Made by a program: the position numbers and the translations under genes. The notes beneath the pieces were generated by a model. That model did no database searches, was not told the origin of the DNA, and saw nothing but the letters and a program-made list of their open reading frames with translations. Positions 49,056-62,248 of a stretch of 64,000 bases of DNA are shown here, in pieces (within the stretch, counting starts at the first letter, position 1; the number at the start of each line of letters is the position of its first letter). The stretch comes from Podarcis melisellensis (lineage: Eukaryota), in assembly GCA_964234715.1 (NCBI GenBank), contig OZ174283.1. One strand, given 5' to 3'.

Positions 49056-50428
49056 TTGGTGGCCATTGCTACATCTTGTATTATGGACCCTGACTTGGGG
49101 GAAACCATTTGCTGCTGTACCGCAGGCAGGAAAGTGTTTTGTGCAGGCAGGGCAATGAGTTTCTCAACTGCATCTTGTCCAACCATGAAGTTGTGTTACA
49201 TAGAAGGCGCAATGCTAAAGCACATTTTATCAGTGGCTGAAAGAGACACTACCTGGGCAGTTTCTTTTCAGGTGTCGCCCCCTGCCCCCAATGCACACAG
49301 CTTTTCCCACTCTTTACATGCTCTTGTGGATTTGAGCCCATACATATACATTGCTAATCTGCCCATTGAACCAATTAAGCCCTTGTTGCGCCATTGTTAT
49401 TTGTATGGAATGCACATCTGTTGCAAAATGGAATGGGTGATGCCAGAAGAATGCATAAGGCATCCACCCCACATTGGTAGCTTAACAATAAGCACTGGGA
49501 TCAATAGGCACCTTCTTCTCTCCCCTTTCTGCCTGCCCCTGTTTTCTTCAGTCCTGGCATTTAGATCGAAAAGATCACTCCCCTTGAAATTTTGCACATT
49601 AAGAGCAGTGGCTGGAGCTCAGGATGACAAATGACACCAGCCTTTGCTACCCTCTGTGCATGTATGTGTGTGGGCGCATGTACTCAGCCGCATTATGTCA
49701 TTGTACAAAATGACACGTGAAATCAATAAGCCGAGGGAAATGGCTATAAAGCTACATTTTTTAAAATCAAGGGAAAGTAAATTGCCCATGCTGCTCAGGT
49801 AGCTTTGGATTTGTTGCCTGTTTTCCTTAACAGAGATTTTCTTTCCAATAACTTAAGTCTCAAGAATTGCAGTTAGTCACTGTACACCTAAAAGTCGGAG
49901 GCATTAATCTTTATATATGTTCCCTTCCATTGCATCTTGCTTTATTTATGGAAATCATTTTGCCAAAGCAATACCATAAGCTCTACAACTTGTTTTCATG
50001 AGGAATTGAAGTTTTCAAAGAATAGCTTCCAATAAAACAAGTCATGAAACATCTTTTTTGAAAAACACCACATAAAAATTACACATATTTATCACTAGCT
50101 ATAAATATAGACTTTTCCTTTGAGTGACATTTAAACAAAAAACAAAAAACACCCGACCTCTAGTTGCTATCCAAACATTTCCTAGAACCATCTCTTAAAG
50201 AAATTAAAGAATCCATGGACCGTCCAAGCAGCTAGACAATCTACCAGTTTCAAATCAAGACTCTGTCACCTTGGGAATGAATAGTGCATTACCTTCAGCA
50301 AATGGAGCATAACTGGTTGGTCGAGGACAATTTCAAGTGCAGGAAGAGCTAAGTTCAGACTTCATGTGAGTGCATGAACTTGTGAAGGAACAAGCTGGAT
50401 TTTTCTAAAATAATCTCATGGGATAGGG

Positions 50429-50558
50429 GAGGCATAGGCAAACTCGGCCTTCCAGATGTTTTGGGACGACCATCATCCCTAGCTAACAGGACCAGTGGTC
50501 AGGGATGATGGGGATTGTAGTCTCAAAACATCTGGAGGGCCGAGTTTGCCTATGCCTG
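50429..50558. mobile_element. Palindromic hAT MITE
   Basis: TIR aggcataggcaaactcggcc; perfect 8-bp TSD ggataggg. Confidence 0.9.
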
Positions 50559-50876
50559 GGATAGGGGAATGGTCTGGAGTAGCTTTGCACATAATATAAT
50601 TTTTCTCTCCTAACAGGCCTATGCAGCTATCTAAAATGTTCTTGGAGTAGCCAAGAGTCCACTGCCAGGGCTCATCTTAATCTATTAACAGTGATCCAAG
50701 TTTGTTCTATATTCAGCTTTGTGTGTGTGCCAATATTGCCTTGCAACTGGACCCTCAACTGGACCAATTCTTCAAGAAACACCTGAAAGTCAAAAGTGAG
50801 AATGCTTTATAACAGATCAGGCCAGTAGTCCATCTAGACCGGTGTTGTTTACTCTTCTCTCCAGGGTGTCAGGCAG

Positions 50877-51118
50877 AGGTCATGTATCCATAGCAGTGAC
50901 CAGAAGAGAAGTGGCTGCTGGGAGGAATGCAGAGAGAAGAGACACCATGGTGCATCTGCAGCAGCACATCTGGATGCCTTCATCTGCCCCAGCTGCAACA
51001 AAACATGTATCTCCCACATCGGTCTGTACAGCCACAGCAGGTGCTGCAACCTTCCAATAGCTTGACTTCGCCCCCAAAGGTGCACTCCACCATTGTCTCC
51101 CAAGACAGGTGGATGCCA
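50877..51118 (+). mobile_element. RTE-clade (non-BovB) LINE 3' end with C-terminal zinc finger
   Basis: Frame reads ...AFICPSCNKTCISHIGLYSHSRCC... to a stop at 51065 (RTE CxxC...SRIGLxSHxR motif); short 3' UTR ttgtctcccaagacagg. Confidence 0.8.
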
Positions 51119-53764
51119 GCTAGCAGGTGATGACCTGCATATCACTGAGCTATGGTTGTTCCCTGTCCCCCAAGTACTAGCAATGGATAAAACTTTTGGT
51201 ACAATAGGTTCAGATTCTTCATAAAGATTTGCCTAAGGGTTGGTTCTGCACATAAGCATATGGTATAGCTACCCTGGGGCAATCCTGCTTCAGAATGCAA
51301 GTGATGGATTGCATGTTTGAATGCTCTCCCACCTTAAAATCTAGTGTTTAAACACAAAATTTTGATGTATTGGACTGGTACCTGTGATCGCAAGGGCAGT
51401 TAATTGTTAGTGATTCCTTCATCATTAGAGAGTTCCTTGTAATCTAATTAAAATAACAACCTCAGACACTAAAGTGACAGAATTGTGATTGCCAAGATGC
51501 AATACTTTAAGAAGTATCCATGGGTTCTAACTCTAGAATTCTTTGAGCGTAAAAGAATGGAGTAGAATTAAAAGAGCAGAGACACAAATCAGTGTGTAAT
51601 CAATGCAAGCTCAGTTATTTAGATAATTGTCGCCATTCGCAAATTTGCATAAAGAATTATTGGTATTTAGTTTGCGCCTTCAGTTAATTGATGGATTCAA
51701 ATTTAACTCTAACCTACTCAGTTCAGCACAAGGGAGTTATACCTAAATTTAAACTAATTAGTTTACAAAATAGTTAGTTTTAGAAGATGGTACAATATCG
51801 TATTTAATTCCAACATTCCAAAATACATCTTTAAAGCCTTAAGTAAAAAGTTTATAAATACTTCACCCTTAGTGGCTGACAACCAAATCTTGCAATTCCT
51901 TATCCACCCCATTCTTAGGATCTGGATAGATTCCAGTTTTAGAAACAAACCCACAAAATCTAGTAAAACCAAACAAAATGAGACCTTGTATTGATACATC
52001 ATATTCTCCCATGTGGCAATAGTCTTGTGCATGTTATAAACCTAACTAGACACCCTCACTTGAGACTACTCTCACAAAGTGATGCTCCAAGACAGCCTTC
52101 ACTAACCCAGTATCCTCTAGAGACACACTGAAGGTTTTTGATTACAACTCTCTCATCATTCTTCAACATTGGTTATGTTAAGGTTACCAGATTGGAGTTG
52201 TAGTCCAAAACATCTGGAGGGTACCAGGTTGGTGAAGAATGCTCAAATACATTTCTGGCTGGACTCTTACTTCTTTTCCATTGATGTGTTTAACTGTTGA
52301 GAAAGTTCCCAGCTGAAAAATTGCCTTGGTTCCAAAGTTCGTCACCTCACCTTTCTGCAGTCCTTTGCCAAAGGGGCTTATTTTCTGACACAGTTTTGTA
52401 TAAAAGCAGATGTGCAGGTTGTATTCAGTTGCTCTAAATACCCATAGTGTGATGTCTTTATAAGGACAAAAATAGGAAGTGATTTCTAATTGCAGGGGAT
52501 CAAAAAAATAACAGGTAGGAAGCAATTAGATCTCCATTTTTAAAATCAAAGATGCAAAGAGAGCTTGCAATCAAGAGTACAGCATGCGGGGATGGAAGGT
52601 TTATCCCTTTCCTACTCAGCCACAAAGATTAGGGAAAACCAGTGGGATCTTTTGCTAAATCTCATAGCTATGCAAGGGATGGATTTTCATCCTGATCAGA
52701 TCTGAAGAGGTGAAGGCTAAACCTCTTTGCACACTGCAGTCCCAATAACACTCACCCTTCGCACCTGTAATTAACCAAATTAAAAAAACAGAGATGTAGC
52801 TAACCAAGCCTGATTATGGGTCATGGATTCTCTTGCAACTGCTTTCAATGCTAGCACATGCAGCCCAAACCAATGTATGTTGACCGACTAGAAGTAATTC
52901 CCCTGAGTTCAGTGGTACTTGTTCCAACGCAAGTATGCATATGATTGCAGCCTGAGGCTGATACTACTAACTAGAAATTGTTTGCCTACCTATTTCAAAA
53001 GTCTGAAGAGGTCCCATTCCTGCTGTCCACCATCTGGTCCTAACACAGCCTTTCTAGGCTGGTAGATTTGCCAGATGTCACAAGAAAAGTAATTTTGCTC
53101 ATGGTGTCCAGGCAGTTGTGGTAGAGAGAACGGCAGAATTCCAATCTGTCTTGCTCAAACTCGAATGGCTAAGATGAGATAAGGGTCCATTCTAATTCCC
53201 TGCTCATGCCCAGTGACATGTGTGATGTGATTGGAACACAGCTAATGGTTTGCCCCCATGCCTGATATCAGTCAGCTGCACTGACGGTGGGTAGGGCTGT
53301 GGTGGAGGCACTTCAGATAAAGAAGGCCTTCTATTTCCTTGCTGCTTGCTCAGCCAATTTCAGCAGGACTTGCCAGCCTGCCGCCGATTTTCAATCTGTA
53401 GGTCCACATTTCACAGCAGGTTTTGATTGCTGCAAAACTCGAACATTCTCAATTTCCACAGCATCCCTAGAACATATTCTCTGTGCTCCTGCTGCAGCCA
53501 TGTGTGCTCAGCACTTCTTGCTGATGTACTCCCCATTGCAAATTCTAAACACAGCAAGTTACGTTGTCGCCCATGGAAGAATGTGGTAGAAATTTAACAC
53601 GCAGAAACACGCACACAAAATATATATAGCTCTGTTTATTTTCATTGAATAATTCAGAGTGCACACAAGTTTTAATTTCTGAACTGCTGGCAAATGTGGT
53701 TTTTGAAAATCACCACTTAAAAAATAGCATGCAATCAGTCACCAATACTTTGCTCATTGCCATT

Positions 53765-54110
53765 TCTATTTATGTATGTGTGTTTTACATCTTGTGCCTT
53801 CACCCAAAAATGCATTTCAGGGCAGTGTAAGACTTTACGATCTACAATACAATATTAAAACAACATAAAACATTAAACCACAGTATAATAAAACTCTGAT
53901 CAGTAAAACAATTCATCCCACTGAAAATATGAACCTCTGAATAGAAGCAGCAACTTGCATGATCTTTTAGTAGACTCCCAGCAATGAGTGATGATGCTAC
54001 TTTGGTCTGGAAGCTATAGCTAGTGCAGAGTGCAGCTGTCAGGCTGCTCACAGCAGCAAGTTACAGGCAGCAGGTTTTTCCTTTGCTGAGAAATCTGCAC
54101 TAGTTGCTGA
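53765..54110 (-). mobile_element. Old L2 3' tail
   Basis: tatttatgtatg...cagggcagtgtaa...aaaacaacataaaac, a reverse-complement tail pattern. Confidence 0.45.
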
Positions 54111-55671
54111 TTTGCTATCGGGCTGGGTTCAAGTTCCCTGTGTTAATTCACAAAGCCCTAAACCAGTGCCTCCCAAAACTTTTTCACAGAGACCACTCGA
54201 AAACTGCTCAGGGTCTTGGGAGACCACTTAATGATTGTTCTAGCAATTGTAATGCACTTTGCAAGAAGCAGTATGATTTTTAATTGACTCAGGATCAAGA
54301 TTCAAGCCTCCCATTAACTCTGCTGCTAATCCTCACCCATCACTTCTGATCTGTCCTGCTCATCTGGAAGGTGGACTGCCATGTTCTAAGAATGATGGAG
54401 CAGCCTCTGCACTTGCCATTCACAGCTGCTGCTCCTATCATTCTTCACAGACATGCTTTTCCCAGTATTCCTTTACATTTTCACAGCTCCACTGCATATG
54501 AAATCATAAAGCAAATTTGAGATAGGCTACTGTGGCTTTCCCCACCTCTCAGCATTCTTCAGCTGAGCAATTATACAAATATCCTGATTGCAACATCCCT
54601 CAAGACTTCTCAAGGACAGAGCCTCTCTTTGCCTCTTCCCAGTGCCCACCTCCAACCTAATTAATTTGAACCAAGCAATCAAGATTAACTAGGTACATTC
54701 TAGTGACAAGAGAAGTGTGACTTGCCACGATCTACATTTCTGCATACCAAAGCTGAAGACATCTGAAGGTGAGATGACCTTATTCTCTACAGGCTGAGTT
54801 ATGATTTCTCGTGGAGTGATTATGTGCAACTATAACTCTCCACTGGTGTAATAAAGAGAGTGTTGGACATCGACCAAGTAGTCCTGGGGTCAAATCTATG
54901 CTTAGCCATGGACCTCACTGAGCTCACCTTCATTCATCCTGACGCTCTCAGCCTAATGTATCTCACGGTAGGGATGGAATTTTCTGAAAATCTTGAGCTT
55001 ATCAACCCATACTTTTTATAATTCCCATCTAGCACCTTGATCTCAAAGTGAAGTTTTTTTTAAAAAAAACACCAACAAACCAGTTACATTAAAAATACAA
55101 TTATTGTATATTATATGTGTTATGACATGTAAACTATATGCATGTCATGCAGACATTCCAGATTTCCTAAAGTAACCAGCACCCAAACAAACACATACAA
55201 CCATGCATTAAACTGTATGAAAATATTTATGTTAATACTTATCAAATCATGCTGCAGTAATTTAGTACAGTTGTCTCACCACTTAGGCACCATCAGAATA
55301 CACAGTCTTACTGACCATTTTCGGGGCCCAAATGGGGCAGGACGAGAGCAGGGGTGGGGCAGTGTGTAACAAGGGAATTCCTACTCGCACATGTCAGTGG
55401 GACACACACCATGCATCTGGGAACAGAACCCCTGCGTAAGAGGTGATTCCCCTGTACTGTATGGGGCTTGACTCTTTGTGTGTGTATGTGTGTGTGTGCT
55501 TTTTGTATATAATTGGGGGGCACTGAGCAGTGGGGCTTTCCAGAGCGGCAGCGCCATTCACTGCCCTGGCAGCCCAATTCCCCTGGTAATGGCAGGGGAA
55601 CATATTCAGGATTCAATGGGTCCTAGGCTCACTCAGCCCTTCCCCACCTCAGGAAAAACCCATCTCAGAGT

Positions 55672-55990
55672 CAGCGGTGGAGGAAGCCACTTGGGCGCCT
55701 GGGGCGGCGCTCATAGGGCGAGCCGCCTATAGGGACAGGGTGCACCACAGGTCCTCTGGAGTCTGCCTGCTTCCTCCCACTCAGCTGCCCTACAGCTGGT
55801 GGATAGGCAGTGGGAGGACCGTTAAGGCAGCACAGAGCCTGCATGCACCCAAGCCACTGTTTCTCTCCCAGGTGATACTTGTGGTTTGGGAGTGCTGCAG
55901 GCCCTGCAGTGAATGCCGCCCGGCATTTTGTCACCTCCCCCCCTCCGTAGTGACACCCAGGGCAACCTGCACCCCCTTCCTCCACCCCTA
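55672..55990. mobile_element. GC-rich non-autonomous hAT element
   Basis: cagcggtggaggaag / cttcctccaccccta termini; perfect 8-bp TSD ctcagagt. Confidence 0.88.
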
Positions 55991-57021
55991 CTCAGAGTTT
56001 TCTGCCAGCAGCACTCCACCCACCTCACATGCGGCAGGCAGAAGGGGAAGCTGCAGACTGGTGGTATATGTAGCAGTATATAAAATTGCATAAATAAATA
56101 CATTCTGTTTTGCTAGGTTCCATTGGTTAAAGGCATCTCCTTACCCATATCATGACTAGAATTCTACAGACCTCTTGCATGTTGTGTCTGTCACAGGGCT
56201 GCCTTTGTTGATCTGCCTGCTGACAAAGTCCAGTCCAGTAACAGATACCTCCCATTGAGCTTCAGATTCTTTTTTTCAAGTTCCAGAAGGATAGATAAAG
56301 TGACTTAAGGGGGTCAGAAACCTGCTTGAGTACGATCCAACCAATGTCCTTGCTTCTGATCACCTCTTTCTCCATTAAGAGACTCTGTGTCTGGCTTTGC
56401 CATTGATCTACTGCTTCATAGCTGCAGTTAATCAGGGCAGTTGGCCACTTCACGCAAGTAATAAAATGTCTTATTATTTTAAGTGGTTATAGTATATGCC
56501 TACTCCAGAAGCAAAGTGCTATATAAGAACATATCAAAACCCCACTGGAGTCAAGGGGACCATTATCATTTGCAAGTCTATGATCAGGATACAAGAGTGA
56601 ATTACTTTATTACAATGTGATGAGAAAACTTTGTACATCTGCTGCTGGGATGCCAATGGTGGCTAGATGGCTAAGATCCCCAGGGAAGTAATATGGGCAG
56701 AGAAGGCAAAGGTTGGTTTCAGGGTAACCCTGAGCACCTTCGGGAGAATATCAAAGTCTAATGTTCTATTTTGTCTTTATTTGTAGGGGTTTTTAAAAGA
56801 TCCTGTGTGATATCTCTTGCCATGTAAGTGGAATTATGTTCACCCAGCTAGACTCTGCCTTTCCCCCTCTCTTCTGAAGTTCCCTGTGCCTCTCCCCAAA
56901 TCTGCTCAAAGTTCCCCCAATATTCTGTAGCATATTTGGGGTGGCTGCAGGAGGAGGAGACAAAGGGGAGTCCCACTGCATAAGTGGAACCCCATTCTAC
57001 TGCAAGACAGACACCACTGGA

Positions 57022-57084
<63 letters not shown>
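57022..57084. repeat. (CT)n(CA)n compound microsatellite
   Basis: Directly visible. Confidence 0.95.
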
Positions 57085-57169
57085 CATGGTATTTTTGCAT
57101 TTGTCTTTGATTACCTTGCTGTTGAGTGCTTTGAATTTCTGAATGACAAGCAAGAGATAAATTGTTTTA

Positions 57170-57171
<2 letters not shown>

Positions 57172-57210
<39 letters not shown>

Positions 57211-57222
57211 GCAGCAGCAGCA
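57172..57222. repeat. (ATA)n(GCA)n compound microsatellite
   Basis: Directly visible. Confidence 0.95.
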
Positions 57223-58021
57223 AAAGCAACAACTCTGCTGTAACCAGATGAAATAGACTCACACCAGGCTGCTGTAAAACCATTTGCTCTCAAATTTCTG
57301 ACACAAATTTCCTACACAACTCTACAAGAGAACTTCACCAAACTCCAACTTGTGCCCAAAAGCACTGCAAAAAAAAAGTGACATTGGTGTGCGAATATGC
57401 CTGTCTATTTCAAGAAATTCTCTGTATCATGTTTTACCAATGTGCAGGTGGAGCACTCGACAAAAAGCATCTAGATTCAGTCATACAGTAGCCTTTTTTG
57501 CAGGGTGTTTGGATCCTGTCCCACATCTGCATTTCTCTGCCAACAGCCCAACTGGAAGTAAACACAGCCAAGTTGTGGGCAGGTCAGTATGGCAATGGGC
57601 TGGAAGCAAAGGTCATACCTTCCCTCCTGGTATTCATAGGTAAAGCAGAGACACCAGGAGACAGGCAGAGGTTTAGCCAGGAGACAGACAAAGGAGCATG
57701 GAAGAAAGGAGGGAAGGGAGAACTTTTTGAATTCTGTTAATTTTCTTAGAAGAGAGAGGCAGGGAGATCCTTCTTTTGCAGTAGTCAAAGAGCAGTGAGA
57801 GGACAGATGGTAATAGGTGTGTGGGGCCCTCATTCCTAGGAGTGCAGCAACAAATTGGCCATAAGAAGACCAAGAGGTTGGTGGCTTCAGGATTACAGAA
57901 AACAACTAGGGTTCAGATACTGGGGATTAATGAATCTGGGACTGTAAAACCCATAGAACTCAGCTAGATTGGTAAAAAAAAAAAAGTGTTTTACATGCAT
58001 TGTATATGTGATATAACACTA

Positions 58022-58040
58022 TGACACCAGATGGCGCTGT
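58022..58040 (+). promoter_or_regulatory. Candidate CTCF binding site
   Basis: tgacaccagatggcgctgt matches the CCASYAGRKGGCRS core at 13/14 positions, in non-repeat DNA with the CpG retained. Confidence 0.6.
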
Positions 58041-58337
58041 GGAGTCCCATCTTTCCCTACCGGATTACCCTGTATGAGTTTACAGCGCATTCAACTGAAT
58101 CACTTCTTTGACGTCTCTAGATCCAGCCACAGTGAGTCTGAAACGAGAGTGGTGTTAAGATAAGGGCAAGCCTGGCTGATAAATCTGATGGTGAAAATGG
58201 CTCATGGCCTCTTGTAGCAAGTGACCCCCCATATATGCTCAAATGTAAGAGTATCCTGACACTCTCAGGTGAGTGGGGTTGAATAAAATCACATGAGAAT
58301 TTAACACAGAATTTTATGGGTGAGTATATTGGACTGA

Positions 58338-58791
58338 AAGCAGAGACATCACCTTACCAACAAAGGTCCGTATAGTTAAAGCCATGGTTTTCCCAGTAGT
58401 GATGTATGGAAGTGAGAGCTGGACCATAAAGAAGGCTGATCACCGAAGAATTGATGCTTTTGAATTATGGTGCTGCAAGAAGATCAAACGTATCCATTCT
58501 TAAGGAAATCAGCCCTGAGTGCTCACTGGAAGGACAGATCGTGAAGCTGAGGCTCCAATACTTTGGCCACCTCATGAAAAGAGAAGACTCCCTGGAAAAG
58601 ACCCTGATGTTGGGAAAGGTTGAGAGCATAATAAGAAAGGGACGACAGAGGACGAGATGGTTGGACAGTGTTCTTGAAGCTACAAACATGAGTCTGACCA
58701 AACTGCGGGAGGCAGTGGAAGACAGGAGTGCCTGGTGTGCTCTGGTCCATGGGGTCACAAAGAGTCGGACACGACTAAATGACTAAACAAC
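58338..58791 (+). mobile_element. BovB LINE, 5'-truncated, with a 29-bp internal deletion
   Basis: BovB RT C-terminus; TSD atattggactga/atgttggactga. Confidence 0.95.
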
Positions 58792-59890
58792 ATGTTGGAC
58801 TGATACACAGGGAAAGGGATGTAAACAATCTGGGGGGAAAGGTATAGCAAATTGTGTACAACTGAATTCTGTAATTAATCTGAGACATTTTCTTAAGGAA
58901 CCCATGAGCCGGGAAGAGTCGAACGCAGGGCAGAGTGAACCCATGCAACAATAAAGTAGAAATGCACTAATACACTAATTCAGGAAAAGTCACCAGGTGG
59001 ATGCCAGGAACAGCATTGAACAGCATTCCGTACAGCCAAATTATGACTGCTGTACAGTTAGTCCCCATGCCATCCACCCTCGCAACCCACCCCCACAGTT
59101 TTCAATCAGTGTCGTGTTTACTTTTGCTACATTTCACCTACAAGAGGCTTTTAAACCGACGGCTTTCCATGCCTCCTGCTAGGCCATCATCTCATAGTGA
59201 CCCTCTGAAATCAATGGCCTAAGTAGGGGGTGACGGAAAACATGCAGTAAACAGGCAAGCCATTTTCTGTTGGGAAATATAAGAAAGATATTTAGTCTAA
59301 ATATGCACTCATGGCCCTTAATCACTCATGCAAATGTTGCATCAAATCCAGCGGAAGTTTTGTCCAATAAACACCGGGGTCTTCGTCTCTGCGCATTTGA
59401 GTGTGTGCTGCCTGACTGGGCTGCCTCGCACTCAAGTGATTGCATGCTTGTTTGGTACTTTACCAACTTCAAGTAATCATTTCTTATTGTGTGATTCATT
59501 CTTCGTTGTGACTTCAGTGGATAATAGCACATCCTCAAGTGAATAGCCACAAATTGCTACAAAGTTGCTAAACACAAGCCTGCCACACACACACCCCACC
59601 TTCAAGTGCTTATCGTGATTAGACTAGTGCAAGTTGCTGCTGCCTAGCCCAACTCTAGCCTCCAGAGTCTTGGACAGAGGTCTTTCCAAACCTTATTGCC
59701 TAAGATCGTGAGCTGGAGATACCAACAACTGAGCTTGGGAATGATGCAGAGGATGTAGCCACCGAACTGAGCTCCTTCCCCAGAAGGAGCAACTGATTTA
59801 TTTTCTATCTGTGCCGGCACAAGTAGGACCACTAGGCTGGTGGCACTTTGACATCTACATGAGTAAAAACACATATCTTAGTGGCATCAC

Positions 59891-60850
59891 TGATGTAGCG
59901 GAGAGGAAACGCAGGGGAGCATAGATTGTGGATTCTTTCCAGAGCAGAAGTGAAGACATCGTCTACCAGAGAACCACAGCAGATATTCCTTGCTTTGGGA
60001 GTTGAATGAGGTCAGAGGCAGATTTAGGGAAGCATGACTGGTTTGGTCACACTGGGCACACTGAGCCTCAAGAGTGCCGTTAGAGACACCACAACTATTA
60101 TTTAGAATGGAGAGAGCTGGACCATAAAGAAGGCTGATCGCCGAAGAATTGATGCTTTTGAATTATGGTGCTGGAGGAGACTCTTGAGAGTGCCATGGAC
60201 TGCAAGAAGATCAAACCTCTCCATTCTTAAGGAAATCAGCCCTGAGTGCTCACTGGAAGGACAGATCGTGAAGCTGAGGCTCCAATACTTTGGCCACCTC
60301 ATGAGAAAAGAAGACTCCCTGGAAAAGACCCTGATGTTGGGAAAGAGGGAGGGCACAAGGAGAAGGGGGCGACTAAGGACGAGATGGTTGGATAGTGTTC
60401 TCAAAGCTACCAGCATGAGTTTGACCAAACTGTGGGAGGCAGTGGAAGACAGGAGTGCCTGGCATGCTCTGGTCCATGGTGTCACGAAGAGTCGGACATG
60501 ACTAAATGACTAAACAACAACAATGAAAGTGTTGGTATTTTCATTCTCCATTGCTGGATCATGTGATCCTGTGTTTACTTTTCTGTACTGTTGTGTGTGG
60601 GAACGGAAGTCAGTCTGAGATACTTCCGTTCTTTGTTCTCTTTCTCTCAGTTCTGAGGGAACTGTCTGTGTGAGAAGACGCAGTTCACCGCTCGTCATGA
60701 TGCTTTTGTTTTCTTTGCTGTAAATAAAGACTCTGGTGCTACATATCTGACACAATCTTGCTTTCACTGAACTCTGCTAATGTGTGCTCACATCTATGGA
60801 TGTGGGTCAAAGTGTTATATGGGACTGGCCCAAAGGAATGTCCCGATAGA
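59891..60850 (+). mobile_element. Probable LTR fragment interrupted by BovB
   Basis: Starts with tg; U3/R-like sequence; taaataaa at 60721; ends and TSD unresolved. Confidence 0.4.
60107..60523 (+). mobile_element. BovB LINE, 5'-truncated
   Basis: ESWTIKKADRRRIDAFELWCWRR...HGVTKSRT; (caa)n tail. Confidence 0.95.
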
Positions 60851-61961
60851 GTGGTGGGGGGGGGCACTGAATTTTGGTGTTCCAAAGCGCACGTCTGAAG
60901 TTTTAGACCCCAAGGTCTGCCACTGATATGTTGATAATGAGGCTTTCAAATTGTTTGTGATAAATTAGCAGAGAACAGGGGTAGCCAGCATTACAGATGT
61001 TGCTGCATTACAACTCACAACATCCCTGGCCATTGCCCATGCTACATGGGAGTTGGCAGAGAGGAAGTCAGAGAATGAGGAAAATAATCAAGCAAGAATG
61101 CTGACACTCCTTTGCAAGGAGTGTTTGCGTTTCTAATTGAAAGCCAAAGTTTGCATTTCAGCTAGCTGAAGATCTTTTGCTAAAGCATAATGCACTTTCC
61201 AAATAGAGTCTATGCAGTCAGGTAGGAACTTCCTTATGGGTGTGCATGCAATTTCAGTCGCATTGATCCTAATCAGCTGGGCATTATGCTCTGTACTGCT
61301 GTGTGTGCATGTGCGTATGTGCGTGCATGCATGCAAGTAATAATGATCTACCCAGCTGCCTGCATTTTGGGGTTTTCCTTGGGGGCTGTCATGAGACACT
61401 CTTGCACTCAAACCTTACCATACATCACTGGGTGTAGTGCTTTGCATGAAAAAGGTCCCAGGTTGCACCTTCAGCACACTTCCTTAAAGGATCTCAGGGA
61501 ACAGAGACAGAAAATACCCCCTCCAGAAATCTCGCCGAGCAGCTGCAGAGCAAGACAAGATGGGGATAGGTAGACCAATGGCCAACATGAACAAAATATT
61601 GCTTAGGGAAACTGCACATCCTCAATTCCAAAATACAAAACTCTTAACAAGAATTCAGGGGGAAAGGAATGGGCAAAGTGGAGGAAGAAGAAAGGAATAA
61701 AAATGGTACCCATCAGTCTTAATCTTAATTCAGTATCTCTGGCACTTACCCAGGGCGGTGATGTTCCCATGGAGTTCTGTGCAAGAAGGAGCTGCCCCCA
61801 TTCATTTTTTTCAGTGTTGAGGAATGCTATATGTCCACAGTGAAGCTTTATCTTTGCTTTGAGAAGCAAATGGGAGTGTACTGGTCCAGTAAACGCTTCC
61901 ACTGCGCAACCAGCAACAGTTCTCTTTGCAGAGTATTAATTAAGTCCTGTGCAGAGATTCT

Positions 61962-62218
61962 TGTTGCAGTACAAGCTTCAGAGTCTCAGCAGCAAAGAAA
62001 TAATGACACAGGGAAGCCTGTCTTTCCAAAGACAGGTTTATTGCAGAAAGATAACAGAAAAACCTCCGGAGCTTTCAGACATTTTTGCTTCACGCCCCGC
62101 AGGCAGAGAAAACAAACACTCTTTATATACTGAGCAACTTAACAACTTAACAAGCTTGACTACTTAAAGTCACATGACATTGCTAACTTGCCAGCGTCTT
62201 AGGTTTCACACCCTAACA
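61962..62218 (-). mobile_element. 3' LTR of a Ty1/copia element (257 bp)
   Basis: tgtt...aaca termini; minus-strand TATATAAA (about 62122-62129) and AATAAA (62037-62042); abuts the PPT gcgagaggggg (62219-62229). Confidence 0.8.
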
Positions 62219-62248
62219 CCCCCTCTCGCTGGCAATACAAAAACAAAA

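Larger units (their letters stand above)
48108..49090 (-). mobile_element. CR1 3' end split by a solo LTR
   Basis: taagaacata...gccctgctggatc tail; aagccttccaagttggt|ggccattgctacatcttgt rejoins across the LTR. Confidence 0.8.

Noticed and set aside
49017-49634. 205-aa ORF (also 21618-22136, 24044-24316 and 32159-32462)
   Set aside because: No recognisable domain or exon structure. The 49017 ORF crosses LTR, CR1 and unique-sequence boundaries.
51763-52032. Possible ancient L1 ORF2 remnant on the minus strand
   Set aside because: Only vague similarity; too degenerate to support.
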